From the NCBI GenBank assembly GCA_963764725.1, contig CAVXTM010000002.1, positions 64,001 to 128,000 on the forward strand: DNA of 64,000 nt. Reading direction: 5' to 3'. This document shows positions 42,821 to 52,354 of this stretch, piece after piece (position 1 is the first letter of the stretch; each line of letters opens with the position of its first letter). Made by a program: the position numbers and the translations under genes. Source of the DNA: an uncultured Gammaproteobacteria bacterium. Lineage in GTDB: Bacteria; Pseudomonadota; Gammaproteobacteria; JACCXJ01. Below the pieces are notes generated by a model, which searched no databases, was not told the origin of the DNA, and worked only from the letters and a program-made list of their open reading frames with translations.

Positions 42821-44599
42821 TCAGTGACGAGACGGCTCATGGGCAGCGGTTTGCAACTTTACAACTTTCTCTTCGGGTGGAGCACGCCGCTCTTCCGGCA
42901 AGCTAGCCACAGCTATGGGTTGGCGCAGCTTCCGCAGCACCGTGCCGCCACCCCCGACCACTGACTCTTGGAACTCATCGGGATCGCCACCCCAGTCTAT
43001 TTGCAGAAAGCTCGGACGCGCTGGTTGTGCATCACTCGACGACGGGCGGGCTGCGCGCCGCGCGGCCCTACGCCAACGGACTTCGCCGAACAGGAGTCCT
43101 AGCATGCCCACGCCAACAAGCTCCCAGCCCCAGGACACTCCCGCCGCAGCAATGGGGTTAAGCCCGCGAATAATAACGTGCACGGGAACCGAGTCGCCCG
43201 CGGCGAGCTCGCGAAGGGCACGACCGGGAGGATCGCAGGCGATCAACAACTCGGCGCTCCCGTTGCCAAGCAGCGTCTTTTGCGCCAAGCGGCCCGTGAA
43301 CGTCGAACTCGAGGTCTCCTCAATGAGTGCCTGCATTTCAATCTCGATGCGATCCCCCGGTTCTAACGCGGCCTGATCAGCGGGTACACCGATCTTTACC
43401 GAAACCTTGCCTGGCTCATATAGAACAAGAAGGGGACGCGACCCTAAGCGTACCGCCTCAGGGGATGATTCGCGGAAACCGACGATACCTGTCCAGGGTG
43501 CTCGCACATCCAGCCTGCCCTCACGTGCCGTGAGGAGTACGTCGAGCTCGTCGATCTGCAGTTGAATCTGCCGAATTCGATTCTTCCTCTGAAGTTCGGC
43601 GCGCTGTTTGTCTTGCTCTATCCGGCGCTCGGCACTCGCAACGCGTTCGCTCGCGTCGGAGATCTCACGGTCTATATCAGCCAGCTCGCCAGCCCGCAAC
43701 TCTAGTTGCGCGTCGTTAGTCTCATGAACCTTGGACGTAAGTACCTGCAACCGCTCCTGTTCGCGATCGAGCAACTCGATGCGTTGCTGTAACGCGGTCT
43801 GGCGACTACGGAGTAACTCGACGCGTTTGCGGCGATCCTTAACTGCGTCGCCAGCCAATAAGTCCTGCCCTTCGGGGCCGTACTCCCTAGTCATTTCCTG
43901 AAGCTCCTGTGTCGCAGCGGCGATGTCAGCTTCGGTTTGTCCCAGCTCATGCCTGGCGGACTGCAAGTCCCTACTGATCTCGTGGAGTTGGTTTTGGTCC
44001 TGCATTTGCTGACGCGGCGAACTGCGAAGGAACGTTTCCCGCGAGTCGATCAGCCTCTGCTTGCGGTTCTCAAGCTCACGCAGGTGATCCGTTGCGGCCG
44101 CCTGCTCGCCCACAAGCAAGGGGTCGACCCGAAGTATCTCGAGTCGGGCGAACTCGAGGTCCTGGCGGAGGAGAGCACGACGATTTGTGGCTGCGGCGAT
44201 CTCATCCGGTCCCGCGTCTCGGAGTAGCTGAAGGATGACGTCGCCCTGCTTGACGGTCTGGCTCGTATTAGGATAGTTGGCACGGAACCCGGGCCGGTTG
44301 TTGACGGTAAACAGACCGTCACCGGAAAGCCAGCCCTTACCATCAACGAGCTTAGGGCCAGACACGGAATGCACCAACAGGAGAACAAGCATGATCGGTC
44401 CGCTCACACCGACCGCTTGGCGCAATCGGAAGGCGATAGGGTGGGGCGGTCGGACGTCTACCCGGCGGTGACGCCCGACAAGGACGTACAATGCATTACT
44501 AACGGCAAAGACTAGCAGCCCCGAGATGCCGCCAAGAAGCACAACGAGCCACGGATTGAGCGCCGGCTGTATCTTCCAGAATGTGGCAAGGTCATCCAT
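42821..44599 (-). CDS. HlyD/MFP-like membrane protein with a long coiled coil
   Basis: N-terminal TMs, split lipoyl-like halves (VKQGDVIL; VRAPWTGIV) flanking a coiled coil, C-terminal TM. Confidence 0.65.
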   Translation of the reverse strand: MDDLATFWKIQPALNPWLVVLLGGISGLLVFAVSNALYVLVGRHRRVDVRPPHPIAFRLRQAVGVSGPIMLVLLLVHSVSGPKLVDGKGWLSGDGLFTVNNRPGFRANYPNTSQTVKQGDVILQLLRDAGPDEIAAATNRRALLRQDLEFARLEILRVDPLLVGEQAAATDHLRELENRKQRLIDSRETFLRSSPRQQMQDQNQLHEISRDLQSARHELGQTEADIAAATQELQEMTREYGPEGQDLLAGDAVKDRRKRVELLRSRQTALQQRIELLDREQERLQVLTSKVHETNDAQLELRAGELADIDREISDASERVASAERRIEQDKQRAELQRKNRIRQIQLQIDELDVLLTAREGRLDVRAPWTGIVGFRESSPEAVRLGSRPLLVLYEPGKVSVKIGVPADQAALEPGDRIEIEMQALIEETSSSTFTGRLAQKTLLGNGSAELLIACDPPGRALRELAAGDSVPVHVIIRGLNPIAAAGVSWGWELVGVGMLGLLFGEVRWRRAARRAARPSSSDAQPARPSFLQIDWGGDPDEFQESVVGGGGTVLRKLRQPIAVASLPEERRAPPEEKVVKLQTAAHEPSRH

Positions 44600-44846
44600 G
44601 GAGAGGCAGGATTGATGACTATAAAATTCATACTATCACGACGTTATAGGTGACACCAGCCACGTCATTTCTTGCATGGCATCCTACGCTGGATTCTGAA
44701 ACCTATTGCCCGTAGGTTGACAGCTACTCACTCGCCCCGTACCTTTCCCCGGGGCTTTCCCCGTCGAGGGTATGCACAAACGTAGCTGTGCAGGGGACAA
44801 CCGCAGGATGGGCACGAATTAACGGATCGGTTGAGGTTTCGTTGCT

Positions 44847-45959
44847 ATGGCTGGTTGCAAGACTCATTGTGTCACGTGGCTCTGTTTTGTCTGCTGTTGG
44901 ACCTTGCTTACCGATCGGGCCCTAGGCCAAGAAGCCGCGACGGTGAGCAGGGTTCCCGCGCCTGGTCCGAGGCCTTCGCTAGCGCCGATCACCGCGCCGC
45001 CGTGGCCGCAACACGCGTTAGCGCCCTACATCGACGCAACCAGTTGGCCGCTGTTCGACTTCGTCTCAGCGGCAAAGAACCAAGGCGTGCGCAATTTTCG
45101 TCTTGGATTTGTGGTCGCAAGCTCGCCGACGCAAGCGACCCCGAGTTGGGGCGGTTACTATGACGTGGCTTCGGGTTATCGGCTGCAAGAGATCAACGCC
45201 TTGCGGAGACTCGGCGGCGACGTTGCGGTTTCTTTTGGGGGGAGCAACGGCACTGAGCTGGCTGGTGCTGCCACGTCGGTCAAACAGCTACAGGCGGTCT
45301 ATCAATCTGTCATCGATGCCTATGGTGCGCGTGTTTGCGACTTTGATATCGAAGGGGTGTGGATCGGCGATCCTGCCTCGATCGCGAGACGCTCACAGGC
45401 CATCGCCGCTATGCAAGCGGCGATGGCTACAAAGGGACGCCCCCTGGAGGTCTGGTACACCCTGCCGACCACGCCGAGTGGTCTGACCCCGGACGGCATC
45501 AACGTCGTGCAATCGGCGATCTCCTACGGCGTGTCCTTACGCGGTGTCAACATTATGGCGATGGACTACGGTGATGCGGTAGCCCCCGCTCCGCAGGGCC
45601 GGATGGGCACCTACGCGGTCGATGCGGCAAACGGTCTGTTCCGTCAGTTGCAATCACTGTACTCCCGGAACGGCAAGCCGAAACTCCCGAACGAGATCTG
45701 GCGGATGATCGGCGTCACTCCGATGATCGGCATAAATGATGTCCCGACAGAAATATTCCGGCAGAGCGACGCGCAGAAGCTCCTAGCATTTGCTAAGAAA
45801 AAGAAGTTGGGCCTGCTCTCCTTTTGGTCGCTTAACCGCGACCACGCGTGTGAGGTAAACCGGTCGTCGGCGAACCCGACATGCAGCGGCATTCCCCAGA
45901 CTCCGCATGAGTTCACCCAGATCCTTCGACCGTTTGTTAGAGATGGAAGTGTTCGATGA
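44847..45959 (+). CDS. Secreted GH18 chitinase-like hydrolase
   Basis: Signal peptide, APYID, SFGG, catalytic DFDIE, MAMDYG, FWSLNRD. Confidence 0.88.
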   Translation: MAGCKTHCVTWLCFVCCWTLLTDRALGQEAATVSRVPAPGPRPSLAPITAPPWPQHALAPYIDATSWPLFDFVSAAKNQGVRNFRLGFVVASSPTQATPSWGGYYDVASGYRLQEINALRRLGGDVAVSFGGSNGTELAGAATSVKQLQAVYQSVIDAYGARVCDFDIEGVWIGDPASIARRSQAIAAMQAAMATKGRPLEVWYTLPTTPSGLTPDGINVVQSAISYGVSLRGVNIMAMDYGDAVAPAPQGRMGTYAVDAANGLFRQLQSLYSRNGKPKLPNEIWRMIGVTPMIGINDVPTEIFRQSDAQKLLAFAKKKKLGLLSFWSLNRDHACEVNRSSANPTCSGIPQTPHEFTQILRPFVRDGSVR

Positions 45960-45966
45960 ATAAGTT

Positions 45967-46100
45967 AACACGAAAGCGTTTTGTGACAACGCGGTGAAGC
46001 TGGCTGTGGAGGATAGGTTAAAAGTACCGGAGGCGGCCCGACGGGTATCGATGTCATAGGACGCTGGCGAACTGGGTGCATCGGGTTCGGAGCGGGAAGT
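45967..46100 (+). pseudogene. IS3-family OrfA remnant
   Basis: TKAFCDNAVKLAVEDRLKVPEAARRVSMS*, then a shifted TLANWVHRVRSGK. Confidence 0.65.
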
Positions 46101-46118
46101 GTCGCTTCCGGTATGCGG

Positions 46119-47474
46119 TCATCGTCGCGCGCGTGACTGCGGGCTGGGTCCTAACCAGGCGCTGATCTTGGCGAAATCGACTGCCGCTAAGGTGCTGGAG
46201 GCGCGTTTGAGGCGCAAGGTATTTAATAGATAATCATAGCGCGCGCGGGAATAGTCCCGGCGCGCCCGAAACAATTCGCGTTGTGCAGCAACGACATCCA
46301 CCGTGGTCCGGGTGCCGACCTCGAAGCCCACTTGGGTCGCCTCCACGTTGGTTTCATTGGAAACCACCGCTTGTTTAAGCGCATTGACGCGGCTGATTCC
46401 GGCCACGACCCCCAGGTAGGCGTCACGGGCCTGCCGTTGTACGGCGCGTTTTTGCCGCTCGATTTCTTCCAGCGCCTGCGTATAGCGGTGTTCGGCTTCG
46501 TGCGTGCGCGAGACGACGGCTCCCCCTTCGAAGATCGGTACATTTAGCTCGACCCCGATCGCGCTCGACTCGGTATCGACATCCCCGAAGCGGCCGCCGC
46601 TCACCACGGTTCCATGATGTCCCACGATGTCTAGGGTCGGCAAATGTCCAGCCTGTTGGCGCCGGATCTCCTCATGCGCGGTCTGAGAGGCGAATTTCGC
46701 TGCGCTGATGCGCAGGTTTTGCGACAGCGACTTCGAGGTCCATTGCTCGATGTCGGCGGGATCGGGAAGGATCAGCGGGATCTCCTTGGTTAAGACATCG
46801 AGTTTCTGGTGGTAGGCGCCGGTAATTTCCCGCAAGGCGTCGCGGGCGTTGTCGAGCTGATTTCGTGCCAGTATTTCCTGCGCCACGGCCAGATCGTATC
46901 CGGCTTGGGCTTCCCGGACGTCGGTGATCGCGATTATCCCGACCTCGAAACGGAGGTTTGTCTGGTCCAATTGCCGTCGGAGGGCATTCTTTGCCGCACG
47001 GCTGAATACGATCTCGTCTTGGGCGGCAAGCACATCAAAATAGCGCTCGCTCACCCGAACCCCAAGATCCTGGCGGGCTGCATCGACCTCGGCCGCGGCT
47101 TGCTGAATGCGGGTATCGGCCTGACGCAATTGCACCCAGCGATCATACCGAAACACGGGTTGGGTGAGCCTGAGTTCGTACAGCTCGCCCGTGAACTGGA
47201 ATTTCCCGGTGGCAAAATCCTCCGAGCCCGACTCGGGCGTGACATCTTGGAAGTTCCGTCCGACCTCGCCCCTGAAGCGGAGCGAGGGCAGCAACCGGGC
47301 GCGCGCTTGCGGGTATTGCTCCAGCGTGGCTTGGTAGGAGGCTATAATTCCCAGCAATTCGGGATCTTTGGTTTCGGCGAGCTGGTACAGATCGACGAGA
47401 TTATCGGCGGGCGCCAGCGGGCTTATGATGAGAGAAAAACCAGCCAGCACGAACGTAAGCCATCTACTACTCAC
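46119..47474 (-). CDS. tolC: TolC-family outer-membrane channel
   Basis: Signal peptide, ARARLLPSL, RFEVG..AITDV, AGHLPTL, GFEVGTRT..DV. Confidence 0.9.
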   Translation of the reverse strand: MSSRWLTFVLAGFSLIISPLAPADNLVDLYQLAETKDPELLGIIASYQATLEQYPQARARLLPSLRFRGEVGRNFQDVTPESGSEDFATGKFQFTGELYELRLTQPVFRYDRWVQLRQADTRIQQAAAEVDAARQDLGVRVSERYFDVLAAQDEIVFSRAAKNALRRQLDQTNLRFEVGIIAITDVREAQAGYDLAVAQEILARNQLDNARDALREITGAYHQKLDVLTKEIPLILPDPADIEQWTSKSLSQNLRISAAKFASQTAHEEIRRQQAGHLPTLDIVGHHGTVVSGGRFGDVDTESSAIGVELNVPIFEGGAVVSRTHEAEHRYTQALEEIERQKRAVQRQARDAYLGVVAGISRVNALKQAVVSNETNVEATQVGFEVGTRTTVDVVAAQRELFRARRDYSRARYDYLLNTLRLKRASSTLAAVDFAKISAWLGPSPQSRARR

Positions 47475-47563
47475 GGCCTTATTATTTCTTTCTAATGCAA
47501 TTTGTCAATGTCGTGGGCCGGCGATGCTTGCTTGCGCTGTGCATGTCAGTCTCGTAGTTTCCT

Positions 47564-47913
47564 GAGCGTGAGGCCTATGAGCTTGCCGGGCGCATCGCGC
47601 TCACTTTCGAGAGGTGTTCGTGGAACCGCGCCCGGCGACGACCCTGGGCCGGATCCAGGCGGATCTCCTCGATCTCATCGACCGCGGTGCGCCGGGCGCG
47701 GCCGAGGCCGTCCCGCTCCCCGATCTCGAGTCGCTCCAGATCCATGCTTGTCCCGGACCGCAGCGCGAGGTCGAGGTGCTGCACGATCAGTTACTCTATC
47801 TATTTACAGCCTTGCCGGACCTGCGGCCCTCCGAGGTGCGCATCATGACTCCCGACATCGAGCGCTATGCGCCCCATATCGAGGCGATTTTCGATAACAC
47901 TTGGAAGGCGGCA
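47564..47913 (+). pseudogene. Three-piece mosaic remnant of recC
   Basis: 47564-47611 ~ 59009-59056; 47611-47894 ~ 59471-59754; 47892-47913 ~ 60028-60050. Confidence 0.9.
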
Positions 47914-48084
47914 GGATGGCCGAAATGCATCACGAGCATAGCGACACACTTGCAGATGAGATTCCGCAACATCGTCGCATCGGCGTCGCCATGGTGTTCG
48001 GCGCTGCGGGTATTGTCGACGCGATGAACGCTGGCGCAAGTATTACCTGCACCACCTCCTAATTATTTAGGACTCGCCAACGAG

Positions 48085-48116
48085 AGGCCTGCCAGGAAAC
48101 CGGCAGGCCTTTTTTC
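48085..48116 (+). terminator. Intrinsic terminator
   Basis: AGGCCTGCC-aggaaacc-GGCAGGCCT followed by a T run. Confidence 0.75.
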
Positions 48117-48128
48117 TTTCAAAAAAAA

Positions 48129-48836
48129 CTAAAAATTGGCGCCTAATTCCAGCCCGCCATAAGGCGAGGCGTCAACGCCCCGCGTTTTGCTCATGCCGAC
48201 GTTAAACCCTAGGCTGATCTGCTTGCCAATTTGAATGCCGACTAACGCGATACCCGCTGCATAGCCTTCGTAACTATCGTCGCCCTGCAACACGCCTTCC
48301 GGCCCGATATACATATCGCCGCTGATGCGGTACAGCGCGCGCAGGCGCGTCCAGTAAGCGTTAGTGCTGAATGCCTCGTAACTGACGATGGCGTTCGCCT
48401 TGACGTCTTGCAACAGATGGTGCTCCCCCTGTAACTGCAGCCGGGCGCTGACAACTCCGCCTTCCGCAGCGTTACTGGGATCATTGGGTGAAAGATCGGT
48501 ATGACGGTAAGACGGGCCGACATACGCTCCCCACCAGCCATCAGCATCACCCTTCTGGTAGCCGACGGAAAGACTGGTGCCCCCCGCCAGGGCATCAATG
48601 GTAGCGGTCCCTGACTTGTAGCGGTAGGTAAGCACCTCTGCGAATACCCGGCCGACCCAGCCGTTGTCGAGACTGTTGCCGGGCAAAGGCGTAATAACCC
48701 CCGCCAGGCCATAGCTGCTGTTCTGGCCGCCGACCTGCCCGCCGGCGATGAACAGGTTATCCCCGGCGAAAGCCGTCGGGGTCAGACTTGAAACAAGCGC
48801 CGCGCATAAGCCCGCTGCCTGAATCCTGGCCATCAT
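48129..48836 (-). CDS. BcsS-like outer-membrane beta-barrel
   Basis: Signal peptide MMARIQAAG..TAFA, alternating beta pattern, YIGPEG, terminal Phe; start overlaps the bcsA stop. Confidence 0.7.
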   Translation of the reverse strand: MMARIQAAGLCAALVSSLTPTAFAGDNLFIAGGQVGGQNSSYGLAGVITPLPGNSLDNGWVGRVFAEVLTYRYKSGTATIDALAGGTSLSVGYQKGDADGWWGAYVGPSYRHTDLSPNDPSNAAEGGVVSARLQLQGEHHLLQDVKANAIVSYEAFSTNAYWTRLRALYRISGDMYIGPEGVLQGDDSYEGYAAGIALVGIQIGKQISLGFNVGMSKTRGVDASPYGGLELGANF

Positions 48837-51800
48837 GCAGGAATGCTTTCTAGCTGATAAAGATAAACATTGGCCGTGGTTCTGGCCACCTGCTGGTTCT
48901 GGTTGGCAACTCTGGCAATCATTGTCTTCCAGCCGTCGGGCGTCAGCACTGAAGTTTCGAGCGCATGGTTTTCCGGCAGGGGAGCGAAGACCATCACGGC
49001 ACCGCGCTTGGTGCGGAAATCCACCGAAATGATGCCGGCGCTGGGCACGCTGGCCCCTGGATTGAGCACTATCGAGGACAGCTGGCCCGACGTGCCGCAT
49101 TGCCATGACGGGAAAGGCATGGGCTGAGCGTGGCGTATTCCAAGCAACCGTTCGAGCGGAGTTTTGCTTTTCTCCGTCAAATTATGCACCTGCCATTCAA
49201 AGTCCGAACCGTAGAGGAATTGTTCCATGCGCCGGCGGGCCGCCGTGTCGCTCCACAAGAATTCGCAGCCCAGAGCGCATGCCGACAGCGAGTCGCGGCC
49301 GTCATGCGGTGAGCGGATGATAGCATGAAAGGGCAGCGGGCCATCCGGCAGATAGAGTACGCCGGAAAGCATTGAACCTACTTTGACCTGCCATTCGCGC
49401 GGGGCCAATATCAAAGCGCCGGTGGAGGAAACGTCGTTCACCGCGGCGAAGCTGTCTTTCCCGAGCGGGTTACGCAGCCTTGCCACCAGCGGAATACTGA
49501 AGCGGTAATGATGGCGAGAGTAGAGGCCGCGGCGCAGTGAAAATGCCAGTACCATCGCCGCCAGTGTCAGATTGATCAGCGCCCAGGTCAGGTTGGCCGA
49601 CAGTGAAAAAAGCGTCAGCTGCCCGGCATTGAGATGGAAGTTCACGCCCAGCGGCATAGCCACGGCGTTGAGGATGAAGACACCGTATTGCGGCAGCAAA
49701 TACCAGCGGTGATTGCGGGTGGCTGCCATTTTCTTGTTGGTGACGCGGAAGCGAAGATTGCCTTTGAACAACCCCAGCGTGGCGAAACAGAAGGCGGCGA
49801 AGCGCGCCATGTTGTACTGCTCGACAAAGAGCGGCTCGCTGTAACCGCGCCCCGATTCTTCCAAGCACCACATCGTCATCACGAAATAAGGGACGAAATG
49901 GACGAGGAACTCGCCAGCGCTACTGATGACCATCGGCATCACGCCGGTGAGCAACACGATGCCGGGCGTCAGGTAGTAAATGCATTTCTGCCAGCCGTCG
50001 AAATAAGTGATCATCGAGGCGAGGTAGTTGAGCTTCTGGGCAGTCGTCAGATCACGGTTTAAGAGTATGCCTTCCTGCCGCCAGACCTGCATGGCGCCCT
50101 GGCCCCAGCGGATGCGCTGGCGCAGGAACGGCTCGATTTGCGCGGCGGCGATGCCGAAGGCCAGCGATTCGGCGTGGTAGACCGAGCCGAAGCCCTTCTT
50201 GTGCAGGCGGATGGAGGTGTGGATATCTTCGGTTATCGTGCCGGTGGCGAAGCCGCCGATAGCTTCCAGCGCAGATCTACGGATGACAGCACAGCTGCCG
50301 CAGAAAAAAGCGGCGTTCCAGTAATCCTTGCCGCGCTGAATAATGCGGAAGAATAGCGACTGCTCCGACCATACGCGCCCTTTGGCGCGGGCGACGCGGT
50401 GCTGATAAGAATCGAGGTTGTAAAAATCCTGTGGCGTCTGCACGAAGGCGACATCCTTGTCCTCGAAATAACCGAGCGTGTGGGTAAGAAACGTGTTCTT
50501 CGGCGCGTGGTCGGCATCGAAGAGGGCGATGAACTCGCCGTTGGAATGCGCAAGGGCTTGGTTGAGGTTACCTGCTTTGGAGTGCTCGTTGGTGCGGCGC
50601 GCCAGGTAGCGGCAGCCGAGCTCTGCCGCCAGTTGTAAGATTTCCGGCCGGTTGCCGTCATCGAGGATGTAGGTTTCGTGTGGATACTCCATGTCGATGG
50701 CTTTGATGGCCGTGCGGCGCACGATATCCACCGGCTCGTTGATGGTAGGAATGAACACGTCCACCGTATGCCCGGGTTTGGGCAGCGGCGCTTGGCGGAC
50801 AGTCAGCCGCGACACCATGAAAAGATGCAGCAGCAGGGTGAAGACGCTAAAGCCTTCGGCCGCATAGAGCAGCCACGAAAACACCGGCGCCTGCGGATTA
50901 AAGGTAGTCAGCCGCCAGACCATGTACCAGCCTACGGCGGCAAGCGTTACCGCCACGACGATAGTGCGCGGCCAGCCGAGCGGCTCGTAGGCTTGTTGTT
51001 TCTTCTGCATGGAGGTTTCGGCTTCCGCAACGTCGCGATGGTTCTCGCGCGCGGCGTCCACCTCGATGCGCCAATTGTCTAAGTCGCGACGAAGGTGCTG
51101 CACCTCTTTCTCTAACTTCGTCAGTTCCGCGACGGCGCGGTCGCAGTCGTCAAGCGCCGCGACCTGCGCCGCGGCTTCGCGTTGTCCACCCGTGGCGGCT
51201 TCGATTGCCAACCGCCGCCGCTCGGCAGTCTCGGCAAGGCGCGCCAGCGCCGCTTGACACTTGACGTGGACCGTTTCGAATCGCACCTCCGCGTCAATGA
51301 GGCTTTCTCTGAGCGTTGCGATGCGGACATTCGAATTCAATGATGCCGCGTTGCCTTCCGCGGTTCTGTTGCAGGCATTCGCTAACGGGTTGCGCGCCGC
51401 CGTCATCCACTCGCCCGCCGCTGGCGCGAGCTTTTGGCTGCGCTCCTGCTTGTCATTCAACGCTTGGCCGATCGCCGCGCGCCATCGTTCGGCTGTCTGC
51501 CGAGGCCCCATCTCGTCTGTCGTCTGTTTGATCAGCAGCCGCAGCGCGGGGGGCTTCAGGCTCAGCGAGCCGGGGCGATCGCCACGCCGCGGCAGCACCC
51601 CGCTGCCAGCGTCGTGAACGCGGAATTCGGCGCCTGCCACCGGGATGTCGAATGAGATTTCCGCGAGCGCCTCGCTCACGTTGCGCACGCGGACCGTGCG
51701 TCCCGCGCTCGCGAGCTTTTGGCCCAGCATCTCCCAGTGCTCCTGCGTCCAACTCTTCGTCATCGACGAGAGGTGCCGCCGCTCTCCGTCAATCGTGTCA

Positions 51801-51922
51801 CGCAGAAACTGGCTCAGCGAGTCCGGGACGTAGATCGGGAATACTGCGGCAAGAGCGCGAGCCACCAGCGGACGAAGAGGCGCAGGGATCTGCTCGAGCG
51901 CGCTCATGTCACTCGCCTGCAA
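48833..51922 (-). CDS. bcsA: BcsA-like cellulose synthase (GT2 + PilZ) with an unrelated ~300-aa N-terminal extension
   Basis: DDG, HSKAGN, DADH, QTPQ, FFCGS, TED, QRIRW; PilZ RHHYR and DVSSTG. Confidence 0.85.
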   Translation of the reverse strand: MQASDMSALEQIPAPLRPLVARALAAVFPIYVPDSLSQFLRDTIDGERRHLSSMTKSWTQEHWEMLGQKLASAGRTVRVRNVSEALAEISFDIPVAGAEFRVHDAGSGVLPRRGDRPGSLSLKPPALRLLIKQTTDEMGPRQTAERWRAAIGQALNDKQERSQKLAPAAGEWMTAARNPLANACNRTAEGNAASLNSNVRIATLRESLIDAEVRFETVHVKCQAALARLAETAERRRLAIEAATGGQREAAAQVAALDDCDRAVAELTKLEKEVQHLRRDLDNWRIEVDAARENHRDVAEAETSMQKKQQAYEPLGWPRTIVVAVTLAAVGWYMVWRLTTFNPQAPVFSWLLYAAEGFSVFTLLLHLFMVSRLTVRQAPLPKPGHTVDVFIPTINEPVDIVRRTAIKAIDMEYPHETYILDDGNRPEILQLAAELGCRYLARRTNEHSKAGNLNQALAHSNGEFIALFDADHAPKNTFLTHTLGYFEDKDVAFVQTPQDFYNLDSYQHRVARAKGRVWSEQSLFFRIIQRGKDYWNAAFFCGSCAVIRRSALEAIGGFATGTITEDIHTSIRLHKKGFGSVYHAESLAFGIAAAQIEPFLRQRIRWGQGAMQVWRQEGILLNRDLTTAQKLNYLASMITYFDGWQKCIYYLTPGIVLLTGVMPMVISSAGEFLVHFVPYFVMTMWCLEESGRGYSEPLFVEQYNMARFAAFCFATLGLFKGNLRFRVTNKKMAATRNHRWYLLPQYGVFILNAVAMPLGVNFHLNAGQLTLFSLSANLTWALINLTLAAMVLAFSLRRGLYSRHHYRFSIPLVARLRNPLGKDSFAAVNDVSSTGALILAPREWQVKVGSMLSGVLYLPDGPLPFHAIIRSPHDGRDSLSACALGCEFLWSDTAARRRMEQFLYGSDFEWQVHNLTEKSKTPLERLLGIRHAQPMPFPSWQCGTSGQLSSIVLNPGASVPSAGIISVDFRTKRGAVMVFAPLPENHALETSVLTPDGWKTMIARVANQNQQVARTTANVYLYQLESIPA

Positions 51923-52044
51923 AGGGAATAGTCAATTCAGGGAGCCGAGAGGCTTCCCCATCATGGGGCTGCATTCGGCACATCGTGTGGCGAGAATAGA
52001 GAATAAGAATTAGAAGGCCTTTTTTATCTTTTTTATCAAGAGGG

Positions 52045-52103
52045 AAGATACGACTGAGCCTGTCAGGTGTCAAACACGCGCAATCTCGGTCTGGAATCGG
52101 GGA
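52045..52103 (-). promoter_or_regulatory. Sigma70-like promoter with a conserved upstream box, copy 1
   Basis: Minus strand TTGACA-17 nt-TATCTT; upstream TCCCCGATTCcAGACC.......CGCGTG. Confidence 0.7.
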
Positions 52104-52354
52104 ATTATCGGGCTATTCGGCGGGCTCGAAACGCCAGGTTTCGGAGCGGTTTGGCGTCTTGGGTGCCCTAGAGCCAAGAGAAGAGCTGTCGGCTCAGAGA
52201 GCTGGACCGGGTGAGGTCTTCGTTTAGGAGCAGGCCGTACGGAAGAGAGCGAAAGCCAGGGCCAGGAATTGGTCCTGCTGGGCGCCCTGAGGATGGCACA
52301 GGTGCTCGGGGCGGTGCCCGAGCGGACAAGCCGAATCGATATCCAACACCCGCA

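Noticed and set aside
44680-44820. c-di-GMP riboswitch between the GT2 operon and the chitinase
   Set aside because: GC stems with GAAA are present, but the conserved GCAAA/GACGCAAAGC elements are not.
47916-48116. Attenuator leader peptide before the terminator
   Set aside because: The 48-aa ORF has no convincing regulatory codon run and no biosynthetic gene follows on that strand.
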